Below are positions 27,370 through 37,261 of a DNA stretch of 62,780 nt, one piece after another (position 1 is the first letter of the stretch; each line of letters opens with the position of its first letter). The stretch comes from a virus (lineage: Duplodnaviria > Caudoviricetes). The notes below the pieces were generated by a model, which did not search any database, was not told where the DNA came from, and worked only from the letters and a program-made list of their open reading frames with translations. The DNA lies in IMG/VR virus record IMGVR_UViG_3300021197_001333, positions 1 to 62,780 of that record. The stretch is one strand, 5' to 3'. Position numbers and translations under genes: made by a program.

Positions 27370-29805
27370 CTACCTTGGATTGAACTGAGCAAGGTCAAAG
27401 CCATCTAAGCTATCTTCATTAGATTCAAAATTCTGTGCAGGTAAATTATTTTTACGTTGATTAATAAGTTTAGACTGCTGAGTATTCTGTTGACTAATTC
27501 TATCAGACTTAGCTACTTCTTTTTGTTCTTCTCTCGTTTGGATATTAGTTTCAGTCATATCACGCAATTGCAGCTGATAATTAAACTCCACATCCATAAG
27601 TTTTTCTTTTAACAGAGCCTCATTATTCATCTTCTCAATATCAAAAGCTACCTCAGCTTGTTTAAGCTGCATCTTACCTTGAATTTCCATTTGACTCTGC
27701 TGCATAGCTAACTGTTGAGACATCTCTTGAGATTTAAGAGCTTGTTGAGATTGCATAGCTTGTTGCTGCATCTGCATTTGCTCTTCTCTATCTTGCTTGG
27801 CTATACGCTTCATCTTAAGAAGTTGATTAGCTAACTTAAGATTTCGTATCTCACGTATATCAATAGCGTCCTCAAGATTAATATCTCCTTTAGATAAAGC
27901 CATATTTATATTAGCTTCAAGCTGTGCTTTCTGCTCTTCATCAGGAGCTATCTCGATAAAGATTCCAAAGTCGTATATATATAAGTCATTAATATCCTGA
28001 AGGATACTTACATTATATTTTCCAATTTGATTGACAAATTCATCTTTAAAATCAGCATACTGTAAAATATCTGATACTCTGTACGTTAAGCTTTCAGCTA
28101 AACTTCTGTACATATATAGACTTGAATCTAAGATATGTCTAGTTGCGGTATTAGAGTTTAAAGCTGCTAGTTTTTGAACACCAACTAAAGAATAAGGGTC
28201 AGGAGTAGAACCGTCACGGGCTTCGTTAAGTCCCGTCACATCACGAATCATTTGCAAGTAATGATTCATATTTTGTATAAGCATCTGAGCTTTTCCCGCT
28301 CCTGAACTTGCTGTAAGTTGTGTAATAGGAACTTTACCTTGGTTATAATCTCCTTCTTGAGTATAACTTCTTCCTACAACAGAACCTGTTTGGAAGTATA
28401 ATCTTAAAGCATCCTCAGGGTTATATGCATTACCCGTTCCTAAATCCACCTCGTTCAATCCGTCAGCATCTATATATACTCCATCAGGAACTACTCTAGA
28501 TATTACTTGCTGTAATTTTAAGTGTGTTATCTGAATTAAGTCAGCAAAAGGAATCATCCTACGAGTTAAAGACTCTATAACTCCTTTGTACATACGTGGA
28601 GCCGAAGCTACATAGTTAGGGATAGCATACTGAGAAGCAGACTTAGGTCGAACCATATTTTCTGCAGCTTCCCATTTTAAAATAATGTTGGTTCCCATAA
28701 CCATAACACCATCATACCATATATCAATAGTTTTTTCTACTTTCTCAAATCCTCCCTCTTCCATCATATCTACCGGAGGATTGAATTGGTCATCTTTCTC
28801 AATCATCCGAGAACCTCCTCCCTCTAAATTTTTCTTCTTATATACAATCTTTTTAGTGGTCTTATAATTAAAGTACATTAAAGTTGTAGTATCACGATAA
28901 AAAATATCGTTGTCATAATACTGAGCAACGTTATAATAGTCATACCAACTTTGACCATACTTAGAAATTTGCTCTAAATCTTCTTTAGTAAGAGTGGGGT
29001 CAATCTTTAACAATTCTGTAATAGGAACGGTTTTAATCTCACCCCAATAAAAACAGTCTTTAAATTGTGGGTCCTCGGTATAGCTATATACCACATTAGC
29101 AGGGTCTACATAACTTAACTTAACTCCTGTGCCGGGTAAAAATTCATGTTTGGCTACCGATATACCTAACACTGTTAGGTCATAATCTAATCGACGCCTA
29201 ATATCATCATAATGATTCTCATCAAAAATAGTATTAACAGCTTCCTCTTCTGCAATTTCAATAGCAGGTTTATAGTTTAGCTGCATATACAACTGCAGTT
29301 CTTCATCAGAAGTGGGTAACTCCTCAGGAGGCATTATAAAAGTATCTACTCCTGTTTTTTGTTGAATAGTCTCAAGTATAGGTTTAGCGGCCATTTGACC
29401 TTCAATCATATTCTGATACTTACTTCTTTTAGATTGAGACAAAGCATCTTGAGCATATGCCTTAACTTTAAATAAACGCTCAGACATACCATTGACAACA
29501 ATATCTACAAACTTAGGGAGGATAGGAACGGGAGTCCAATCTAAATTTAGATAAGATAAATCTCCATCAACAGCAAGTTCATTTTTATATTTTGCAATAG
29601 ACTGTTCTCCACGTGCATACAAACGTAAACGATTAAAATCTCTCGCTTGAGTATAAAATCTACATTGATTGCTCGTCTTTTTAAACCACTCATATTGAAT
29701 AGCTTGTCCAATCTGTAGCCCAAATTCATCTGTTGCTTTCTCTGCGTCAGACACAAATTGACTAGGAAAGCCTGCTGATGAGAGGTTTATTTTGACATTT
29801 TTCAT
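27370..29805 (-). CDS. portal protein
   Basis: 811 aa after the terminase; PILPKFVDIVVNG and IRDVTGLNEARDG motifs; Gln-rich C-terminal barrel. Confidence 0.8.
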   Translation of the reverse strand: MKNVKINLSSAGFPSQFVSDAEKATDEFGLQIGQAIQYEWFKKTSNQCRFYTQARDFNRLRLYARGEQSIAKYKNELAVDGDLSYLNLDWTPVPILPKFVDIVVNGMSERLFKVKAYAQDALSQSKRSKYQNMIEGQMAAKPILETIQQKTGVDTFIMPPEELPTSDEELQLYMQLNYKPAIEIAEEEAVNTIFDENHYDDIRRRLDYDLTVLGISVAKHEFLPGTGVKLSYVDPANVVYSYTEDPQFKDCFYWGEIKTVPITELLKIDPTLTKEDLEQISKYGQSWYDYYNVAQYYDNDIFYRDTTTLMYFNYKTTKKIVYKKKNLEGGGSRMIEKDDQFNPPVDMMEEGGFEKVEKTIDIWYDGVMVMGTNIILKWEAAENMVRPKSASQYAIPNYVASAPRMYKGVIESLTRRMIPFADLIQITHLKLQQVISRVVPDGVYIDADGLNEVDLGTGNAYNPEDALRLYFQTGSVVGRSYTQEGDYNQGKVPITQLTASSGAGKAQMLIQNMNHYLQMIRDVTGLNEARDGSTPDPYSLVGVQKLAALNSNTATRHILDSSLYMYRSLAESLTYRVSDILQYADFKDEFVNQIGKYNVSILQDINDLYIYDFGIFIEIAPDEEQKAQLEANINMALSKGDINLEDAIDIREIRNLKLANQLLKMKRIAKQDREEQMQMQQQAMQSQQALKSQEMSQQLAMQQSQMEIQGKMQLKQAEVAFDIEKMNNEALLKEKLMDVEFNYQLQLRDMTETNIQTREEQKEVAKSDRISQQNTQQSKLINQRKNNLPAQNFESNEDSLDGFDLAQFNPR

Positions 29806-32048
29806 CTAATTATTTCGCTTGTTGTTCCACTATTTCTATACTTAGCGAAGGTAAGGCTTATTTTTTTTTGCTTTTGTTCGGGAGTATACAAATGTTTTTG
29901 GGTTGCCATTATCGCAAGACCGGAGCTAATAGTGGCATCATACTTTGTTCTATTACTAATATCAAACTTGGCCCAATCCTCTAATGTCCTTACAAAAGGC
30001 ATAGTTCCCATCTCATCAGAATCTCTAAACGAACCTTCTAAATCTATCCCTATATATTTTTCTATATACGATTCAATTGCTGAGGCATGCGCTTGTTTAA
30101 CATCCTCAGAAGAGTTTGGCATACCTCCTAACTCTCGTTCTGTTTTTGAAAGTTTATTATAACGCTTATCCGGACGGTTCATACAAAACCCTCTATACCC
30201 TCTATTCTTAAAGTGATAAAGCAATCTAGGTTTATTATTCTCTATAAGGATAGGCATACCATAGAAGACACAAGCCATAAGGACTTCTTCAAAAAATATC
30301 TCTGCCGTTTGAGGTCTAGCCACATACTCTAAAAAAAATTCGTTAGTAGGACCTTCATCCATATGAAACTTTGTTAATCCATGTAACGCTCCATTCGACC
30401 CTCCTCCTCCTACTACTCCTGAGATATCATAAGAGTCACATCCAAATGCTCCCATATGCTCATTAGCGGGATATTTTACACCACCTCGTTCTGTCCAATG
30501 ATTTTGCAAAGCACCTTTAGGCGTCCAACTTACCTTAAACCTTCCTCGATTGTCAGGATAGAATACTACCTTAGAATCTATCTTTCCATCTTTCCATCCA
30601 AAAGACCCACGAGTGACATACTGTTCTCGTATTAAAGCCTCGGCATAATCTAACTGCTGATAGATTTTAGTAAGGTTAAATAAAGAAGACTTGCTTTCAT
30701 CTCTAAAAGCATGTGACTCCGTGCGAGGGAACTGTCTGTAAAACTCATTTAAAGCATCAGGGTCATTCTTTAAAGACTCTACTTCCGCTTCCCAATACTC
30801 TAAAGCTCCTGACTTAATCATTAAATCATCTATACCTTTAACAGGAGTAGAAGGAGTGTCAATTACAGGTTCTCCGAATCGGTCAATAAATCCCTCCATA
30901 TTATATTCCATAGGGATGAATAAAGAGTACATACCGCTTCTAGTCTGTCCGTTTCCATTACGCACACTTGTACTTGAGTCTTCATATAACTTTTTAAAGT
31001 TATCTCCTCCCTTGTTTAAAGCGTTAGATGTAGAACCCATTAAACACTTTCCTATAATACGACTACCTAAACGTAAACATGTTTTTGTAACACGCCAATT
31101 GTTTAAGATATTATTAGGTTTAATCCACTTACCACTCTCATCATGTACAAGAAGCAAAAGCTTCTCTCCATCGTAAGAGTTATCGTCTGTGTTTTTCCAA
31201 TCAATAGTAGTGTCTAATCCATCTAACTCATTAACAGACAAAAGATGCATGTTCTTTTTTGTAATCTTAGAAGCCGGTATCCTAAAAGCTAATTCTGTTT
31301 TAGGTTTGTCCATACCATCTTGTATAGGCTTAAAGAAAAAAGGTAATCTATTAGATATGGGGACAACCTTATCAGTAAACATTTTTTTAGCATCTGAACC
31401 TGTTTTTGAAAGTATACCTACACGAGAGTCTTTAGCTAAACTTCCTGTATTTACACATTCTGAAGACCCCATAAAAGAAAATCCTGAACGTCTAATTTTT
31501 AAATAGGACATTCCAAAACATCTATCATCAGCTTTACAAGCTTCCCAAAATAAAAAGAAAATTCTATTTGCCTCTCGAAAGTCAGGGTAACCTACATCTA
31601 TAGTAGCCCATTGTAAATACATATAATGAGCTCCTGTCACATAAGTAGGAATGCCATTGTTCATAAACCAATGACCTTGTTCTCTACGGTCAAATTCAGC
31701 TTCTATATAATCTATCCATTTATCTTTAAACCCCGCGGGCATTTCATTCCATTGAAATATAGAAGGTATTCTCGATAACGGTTTAGGAAGAGAAACACGC
31801 TTCCAATACTGTTGGTCTTTTTTTTCCTCGCAAGGGATATCTTTAGGTACAGGAGGAAGTCCGATGTTTATTCCCGACACATGTATTATTTCACCTAACT
31901 GTCCCGTTGTAGAAATAACAATAATACCATATTTATCATTGTATCCGTATCGCCATGTTTTTGCACGGTTTTTATTGGACATAACATTAGTAGGAACTAG
32001 CTTATGTACTGTCGTATATAATTTATTTTTTTGCTCTTTGTTCTGCAA
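29802..32048 (-). CDS. terL: terminase large subunit
   Basis: KIRRSGFS (Walker A-like), LLVHDESGKW (Walker B), MGST coupling motif, FGCDSYD nuclease aspartate. Confidence 0.85.
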   Translation of the reverse strand: MQNKEQKNKLYTTVHKLVPTNVMSNKNRAKTWRYGYNDKYGIIVISTTGQLGEIIHVSGINIGLPPVPKDIPCEEKKDQQYWKRVSLPKPLSRIPSIFQWNEMPAGFKDKWIDYIEAEFDRREQGHWFMNNGIPTYVTGAHYMYLQWATIDVGYPDFREANRIFFLFWEACKADDRCFGMSYLKIRRSGFSFMGSSECVNTGSLAKDSRVGILSKTGSDAKKMFTDKVVPISNRLPFFFKPIQDGMDKPKTELAFRIPASKITKKNMHLLSVNELDGLDTTIDWKNTDDNSYDGEKLLLLVHDESGKWIKPNNILNNWRVTKTCLRLGSRIIGKCLMGSTSNALNKGGDNFKKLYEDSSTSVRNGNGQTRSGMYSLFIPMEYNMEGFIDRFGEPVIDTPSTPVKGIDDLMIKSGALEYWEAEVESLKNDPDALNEFYRQFPRTESHAFRDESKSSLFNLTKIYQQLDYAEALIREQYVTRGSFGWKDGKIDSKVVFYPDNRGRFKVSWTPKGALQNHWTERGGVKYPANEHMGAFGCDSYDISGVVGGGGSNGALHGLTKFHMDEGPTNEFFLEYVARPQTAEIFFEEVLMACVFYGMPILIENNKPRLLYHFKNRGYRGFCMNRPDKRYNKLSKTERELGGMPNSSEDVKQAHASAIESYIEKYIGIDLEGSFRDSDEMGTMPFVRTLEDWAKFDISNRTKYDATISSGLAIMATQKHLYTPEQKQKKISLTFAKYRNSGTTSEIIR

Positions 32049-32307
32049 ATCCCTGCTTACTATCGGTGCGACTTCCGTGACTACTTGCTAAGTTAAGGTT
32101 TTCTTGCTCTATCTCAATTTTAGATAATATGTCAAAAGCATCAAAAATACATAGCTTCTTAGTAGCTGCAGCGTTCTTTAATCTATCCGCAGCTAATTCA
32201 TCTTCAGGGTCAGGTTTAATTATATCTTCTTGTGCAACTTTAATAAGTTGTTCTACTGCTCTTTTTCCTGCCGCAATAATTTTTGTTTTTAACTCTTCAG
32301 ATTCCAT
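32023..32307 (-). CDS. helical protein upstream of terL (possible small terminase)
   Basis: Position and overlap with terL; DRLKNAAATKKL motif. Function inferred from synteny only. Confidence 0.4.
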   Translation of the reverse strand: MESEELKTKIIAAGKRAVEQLIKVAQEDIIKPDPEDELAADRLKNAAATKKLCIFDAFDILSKIEIEQENLNLASSHGSRTDSKQGFAEQRAKK

Positions 32308-32866
32308 GTGACATAGTTATCTGATGGTCATATATCCTGTATAGCTTTTCCCCTTCGATATTAAAAGGATACTCAGAATCAGGAGTAAAAGATATCTTAG
32401 TTCCTTTTTTTACCCCTTGACTTAGAAGATACTTATTAGGATATTCCATAAGCCCCATCAAAGGTTCTTCAGTGCCGGGTTTAGATAACAAAGATTTTTC
32501 TATAGGAATAGGCTTAACAAAACAAAAACGGTCATGAGAATGCCACTCGCCATTTTGTTTATATAGAAAAAATTGGTCTGTATCTACAAAAAATAAGTCG
32601 TCACGGAAAAAACTCTTGCCACTTTTTCTTTTCCCTTTTATATCATTATAAAATTTAAAAACATTATGGTGAACAAGTAAAGTATCTCCTATTTTAATAG
32701 GGCCCTTATACCCTATAGGTAATTCTTTTACTATAGCCTCACGATTAGAGGCTGAAGAATCTTCTTCCGAACTACTTATAATAAGGTCTATGCCCCCAAT
32801 TTTTTTAGTATTGGAGTAACGCCTACCTAAAGTAGGTTGGACAATAAAATTGAAAGGTGATTTCAT
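32297..32866 (-). CDS. GroES-like protein with two putative co-chaperonin-fold halves
   Basis: Each half has F.V.P ... (I/V)K.G(D/T).(L/I) elements resembling Cpn10. Confidence 0.45.
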   Translation of the reverse strand: MKSPFNFIVQPTLGRRYSNTKKIGGIDLIISSSEEDSSASNREAIVKELPIGYKGPIKIGDTLLVHHNVFKFYNDIKGKRKSGKSFFRDDLFFVDTDQFFLYKQNGEWHSHDRFCFVKPIPIEKSLLSKPGTEEPLMGLMEYPNKYLLSQGVKKGTKISFTPDSEYPFNIEGEKLYRIYDHQITMSHGI

Positions 32867-33096
32867 TAAAAGTTTATGTTGTACTCAACAGAAATAGGCA
32901 TCGTCTCACGAAACTCTTTCCATAAGACAACGGTCTTCTCTTTTTCTATCCAAATTAAAATAGAGTGAGTATCTAATTCATGCCTAATATGATGAATTTT
33001 ATACGCTCCATTTAACACAGATTGACCAACGATATAATGCATCGCGCCACCCTTGTAGTCAGGTCCAATAGATATCTTACGAATATCTTTATTCAT
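32866..33096 (-). CDS. hypothetical protein
   Basis: 76-aa ORF coupled to both neighbours (IRKISIGPDYK..AMHY.VGQ). Confidence 0.6.
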   Translation of the reverse strand: MNKDIRKISIGPDYKGGAMHYIVGQSVLNGAYKIHHIRHELDTHSILIWIEKEKTVVLWKEFRETMPISVEYNINF

Positions 33097-33659
33097 AAAG
33101 TATGAACCACTACATTAAGGTGAGTGGTAGTTATTGCTGACGCAGCTGAAGTGTTTTTTGCATATATCTCAAAATAGTCATTAACAGCTAAAGTCTGTAA
33201 AGTTTGAATAGTAAAAATAGCAGGTACGTCTGCCGAAGAAGGCATTTCCGTTCTTTGTTCCGTACCTGCGATTTCTGTTCCATTTTTATACATAGCAAAA
33301 TCTAACACATCTCCCGCCGAACCTTTACAATTAACGGTAAAGGTTATAGTAGCAGGTTTTACAGCTCCATTAATATAAACAATGCGATTGGTATTGGAAG
33401 AATCCACTTCCCACCCACTTGCAATTTGAGAGGTAAGAACAGTAACTAAAGGAGTGTAAACATTTTGAGTAAAACTAGTCGTAGAAGTACCTGCCGTATC
33501 CGCAGCATTGATATATGCCATCCCTCCATATGGAGAAAGAGCTACAATACTTGATATAGTGTAATTTTTTGTTATATTACTATTGTCACTATCTGTTCCA
33601 ATAATATAATCGTTAACATTTACATTACTATCAATAGGATACGTACTAATCTTAGACAT
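33093..33659 (-). CDS. fibre/spike-like protein with a C1q/TNF-like beta C-domain
   Basis: N-terminal MSKISTYP..D.IIGTD..TKNYT shared with 40689..41417; C-terminal YKNG...L..NDY.EIY pattern. Confidence 0.5.
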   Translation of the reverse strand: MSKISTYPIDSNVNVNDYIIGTDSDNSNITKNYTISSIVALSPYGGMAYINAADTAGTSTTSFTQNVYTPLVTVLTSQIASGWEVDSSNTNRIVYINGAVKPATITFTVNCKGSAGDVLDFAMYKNGTEIAGTEQRTEMPSSADVPAIFTIQTLQTLAVNDYFEIYAKNTSAASAITTTHLNVVVHTL

Positions 33660-33660
33660 T

Positions 33661-33912
33661 TTACTTATGTGTTAAAGCTCCTGTTTGAATATTAATACTG
33701 ACATTCTCACCATACTCTTCAATAAGACTTTTTTCCATTGAAGCGAAATCGAGTCTATGAGCTTCTACTTTTTCCATTGCATCTTTTTGAGATAAAAGGC
33801 TATCAGCTAATACTAGCTTAGACTGATTGAAAGCAGATAAAAGCTCTTGAAGCTTTGTAAGTTGTTCAGGCTTTAATTCCTTAACCGAAGTTTGAGTTGA
33901 TTCTGTAGACAT
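33661..33912 (-). CDS. small coiled-coil protein
   Basis: 83 aa ending L.EEYG.NVSIN..TG; own -7 element at 33939-33946. Confidence 0.55.
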   Translation of the reverse strand: MSTESTQTSVKELKPEQLTKLQELLSAFNQSKLVLADSLLSQKDAMEKVEAHRLDFASMEKSLIEEYGENVSINIQTGALTHK

Positions 33913-33951
33913 TATAATAGATTTAATTTAATTTAGTTCAAAGATAATACT

Positions 33952-34113
33952 TTATCTCTTACGATTTTTTCCCATTACTACAGCTTGAAGAATACGAGAA
34001 AGTACGTTGACAATTCTGTCATCTTTCTTAGTTTCTGTTAATGCAGTTAAAGTACCTGCAGCTGTAATAACAGCGAGGGCAATTGAAGACCAATTTAATG
34101 TTATAAATTCCAT
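33952..34113 (-). CDS. putative holin-like membrane peptide (53 aa, not in the ORF track)
   Basis: MEFITLNWSSIALAVITAAGTLTALTETKKDDRIVNVLSRILQAVVMGKNRKR directly after the endolysin; one TM segment and a basic tail. Confidence 0.55.
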   Translation of the reverse strand: MEFITLNWSSIALAVITAAGTLTALTETKKDDRIVNVLSRILQAVVMGKNRKR

Positions 34114-34118
34114 ATTAA

Positions 34119-34544
34119 TTAATTTAAAAAGCCGAACTTCTCCTCAACTGAGAAAGAAGGACATGCTTTGGTTGAAAATTCGTTATGACCATGAATAGAT
34201 AATTTACCAAATATAAGCCTTAAACTTTTAACTATCTCCACAAAAGCAATTGCTTGTAATACCGTCATAGTGTCTTTGGGCTCATTAGCGGCGTTTACAC
34301 CGCCGATATAACAAATTCCGATAGAATCCTCATTCTCTCCGGAAGTATGAGCACCTTGCACCTCTATAGGGCGTCCTAACTCTATCTTTCCATTAAGATG
34401 AATGACGTAATGATATCCTATATCTGACCATCCCCGTCCTCGTGGAGGCGGGTCTGTATGCCATTCTCGGATAGTTTCTACACTAACCTCCCTACCTTCA
34501 GGGGTAGCAGAGCAGTGTAATATAACTCTGTTTAAATCCCTCAT
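34119..34544 (-). CDS. N-acetylmuramoyl-L-alanine amidase (T7 lysozyme-like endolysin)
   Basis: ILHCSAT, GWSDIGYHYVI, GAH, SIGICYIGG, GHNEF..KACPSF. Confidence 0.92.
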   Translation of the reverse strand: MRDLNRVILHCSATPEGREVSVETIREWHTDPPPRGRGWSDIGYHYVIHLNGKIELGRPIEVQGAHTSGENEDSIGICYIGGVNAANEPKDTMTVLQAIAFVEIVKSLRLIFGKLSIHGHNEFSTKACPSFSVEEKFGFLN

Positions 34545-34756
34545 TTTGATTTTCTAATTCCTCGTTCCGCAAGCAAAAGTTTTATCTCGTTCATTCCCTC
34601 TACTAAAATATCTAAAGTTTGTTCCACCTTAGTTTCAGACTTCTCTAAAGAGAATAAACGAGATTTTATTTTCGTTACTTCGTTAGTCATTTTAATCCAT
34701 GTTCCGAGCATCCCCGATACAATCCCTATTCCTAAGGCAATTAATTCATATTCCAT
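34541..34756 (-). CDS. putative holin/lysis membrane protein
   Basis: N-terminal TM helix and coiled coil immediately upstream of the endolysin. Confidence 0.5.
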   Translation of the reverse strand: MEYELIALGIGIVSGMLGTWIKMTNEVTKIKSRLFSLEKSETKVEQTLDILVEGMNEIKLLLAERGIRKSK

Positions 34757-37248
34757 TATCCTATAGTTACGGTAAAATTAACTTTAAAATACTCCGGAAC
34801 TACCGAACCTACATCACCGGTATACGTCATGGTTGCAAATAAAAAAGAATCTTTACTTACTGTGGTACCATTACTCGAAAGAAAGCTAGAAGGATAAACT
34901 TCACTACTTACTACATCCCCTAAAGTAACTTTAGCAGAAGCCACAAGCAGATAGTCTACACTAGCGCTTTGGTCGGCTCCGGTAAGCATATTATTAGCTG
35001 CCGCGGTAGGTACTTCATAAACATATATATAACAAAATTCGTCCTCTACATGGCTTGAATTAGGAGGTTTTACAACTCCCGTAACCCTAACTTCACCTTC
35101 TACAGAAGTTTTAAATAACCCATAGACAACCTGTATAGGGTCCCCCTGTGATTCATCAGTGCCGGGGTTTCCGAGACCTGTAATCCCCGGAGGCGTTGTG
35201 GTCGCAGCATCCATCGAAAGTCCCCAACCCTCACTACAAAAACCATTTGAGCCTCCAAATACCATAGCACATTTTTCTTCATCACATGCATTTTGAAAAG
35301 GAACACTACCACCACCCACCATAACTACTGTAGGAGTAGTGGCGCTATCTTGCCAAGACATAGTACCATCTATCTGAGAGGCAAGGATTTGACCATTTGT
35401 TGTCGGAGGCTCAGGAAGAGTATAAAGGATACTACTATTAGTATTGAAAGGAACATCGAACCCTATAAAATTGGTGTTATTTTGGTCAAAAATATAAAGG
35501 CTTCCTACAGTACCTGCGACATTTTTTATATTTACAGGGTCAACGAATCTATTACTACCATCGGAAAACTCTGCAATAGTACCTCCACTTGTATCCAAAA
35601 TACTGAAAGTACTTAGTCCATTACTATTTAAAGTTAAGGTACGATTTGTATCATCTATAGTTAAGTTATCCGTTCCAATATTTGTATCTGTTCCTCCATT
35701 TGCAACCCACGACATAACGCCGGCAGTAGTAGAAGACAGGACGAAACCTGTGGTAGAAGGAGCCTCAGGAAGAGTGTAAGTTACAGAAGTAGTTACGGCT
35801 GAGGGAGGTTGTAACCCAATGTAATCAGTACCTCCCGCCGTTCCTTCCCACAGCTGCAATACCCCTCCTAAACGAGCAGTATCAGGTTTTATCCTTAATT
35901 GTTTATATACATTCGTAATAGATTTTTCAAGATGTATATATGGGTCATTAGAAGATGTCTCAATAGCAAACGAAGAACTAGAACCACCTGAAAGAGTTAA
36001 AGTTCTTGCTGTATTTGTTCCGGGGATAGTAAGGTTATTATTCCCAATATTTATAGCATCTAACCAAGATAATTCTGCAGAGCCGTTAGTAGTAAGAGAT
36101 TGTTTATTAGTTCCATCTGCGTCAGGCAAAGTATAGGCAGTGGAAGATGTAAGACTAGCGGGAGCTTGAAGAGAAACTGAATACGAAGAAGAAAGACCCG
36201 CATGGAAACGTAAAGGTATAGTAGTAGCGTCAACAGACTGTAGCTTAAGCTCTTTTGCAACTTGTACATTTGTATCTGAAAATTTTATTACCGTAGCTGC
36301 ACTGCTATTTTCAAAAGTTAATGAATTGCCATCAAGGTCAAGAGTTCGAACCGCATCAAGAGTAAGGTTGGTATTAGCAATGTTTGATGCTGTAGCTGTA
36401 GTAAAGGATAATGTACCACTTCCATTAGTACTCAGTACTTGGCCATTTGAACCATCGGAAGTAGGGAACTCTAAACCCAATAACACCAAATTTCCTTGCT
36501 CCATTTTAATATAAGAACCAACTGCTCCTGCAGAGTCAGAAAAATCTATATCACCACCATTAACGTCAAACTCTAGAGAATTGCCATCAATGTCTAATAT
36601 ACGATTGTTGTCTAGCGTAAGATTTGTATTAGCAATGTTTGTATCTACCGCTGCATCGACCCAAGACATAACACCGGATGTGTCAGAGCTAAGTATCTGA
36701 CCTGATGTGGCCATAGTTCCCGGAAGAGTGTAAGCAAGGGTTGCACTAAGACTTGTAGGAGCTTGAAGGGTTATATAGGTGCTATTTCCCGAAGTTGAGG
36801 CTTCATGGAATCTTATCGCGCCTGCTGATGAATCATCTGATTGAATTGCTAGAGGACCTAATATAATTTTACCAAAGGAATTAAATCCTGCCACTAAATC
36901 TCCTGATGCCGATAATATTTTAAATTCGTTATATACATGGGCATCTTTATGAAAAATAGTTTTAGTATTTGTAAACTCCACAACATCAGTTCCACTCACG
37001 ATAGATGACTCAATCTTTAAAGAATAAAATGGACCGGCAGCGGCACCTGATAAATAAATAGACCTCGTCGAGGATAGCAGTTGGTTGGAATTTCCAAGAT
37101 TAGTAACGTCTACCCAATCGGTTCCGGTAACTGTAGAAGACAAGACTTGTCCATTCGAACCCGCACTCCCGGAGGTATCTTTAAAAGAACCGGAAACATT
37201 AATATCACCCGTAATATCAATACCTGAATAAAAATTTATATCAGCCAT
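34756..37248 (-). CDS. tail fibre-like protein with internal repeats
   Basis: Repeated YTLP...GQ.L....G..SW and NI...NLT.....R.L units; Ser/Thr/Gly-rich. Confidence 0.7.
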   Translation of the reverse strand: MADINFYSGIDITGDINVSGSFKDTSGSAGSNGQVLSSTVTGTDWVDVTNLGNSNQLLSSTRSIYLSGAAAGPFYSLKIESSIVSGTDVVEFTNTKTIFHKDAHVYNEFKILSASGDLVAGFNSFGKIILGPLAIQSDDSSAGAIRFHEASTSGNSTYITLQAPTSLSATLAYTLPGTMATSGQILSSDTSGVMSWVDAAVDTNIANTNLTLDNNRILDIDGNSLEFDVNGGDIDFSDSAGAVGSYIKMEQGNLVLLGLEFPTSDGSNGQVLSTNGSGTLSFTTATASNIANTNLTLDAVRTLDLDGNSLTFENSSAATVIKFSDTNVQVAKELKLQSVDATTIPLRFHAGLSSSYSVSLQAPASLTSSTAYTLPDADGTNKQSLTTNGSAELSWLDAINIGNNNLTIPGTNTARTLTLSGGSSSSFAIETSSNDPYIHLEKSITNVYKQLRIKPDTARLGGVLQLWEGTAGGTDYIGLQPPSAVTTSVTYTLPEAPSTTGFVLSSTTAGVMSWVANGGTDTNIGTDNLTIDDTNRTLTLNSNGLSTFSILDTSGGTIAEFSDGSNRFVDPVNIKNVAGTVGSLYIFDQNNTNFIGFDVPFNTNSSILYTLPEPPTTNGQILASQIDGTMSWQDSATTPTVVMVGGGSVPFQNACDEEKCAMVFGGSNGFCSEGWGLSMDAATTTPPGITGLGNPGTDESQGDPIQVVYGLFKTSVEGEVRVTGVVKPPNSSHVEDEFCYIYVYEVPTAAANNMLTGADQSASVDYLLVASAKVTLGDVVSSEVYPSSFLSSNGTTVSKDSFLFATMTYTGDVGSVVPEYFKVNFTVTIG

Positions 37249-37261
37249 TATTTAATTTAAT

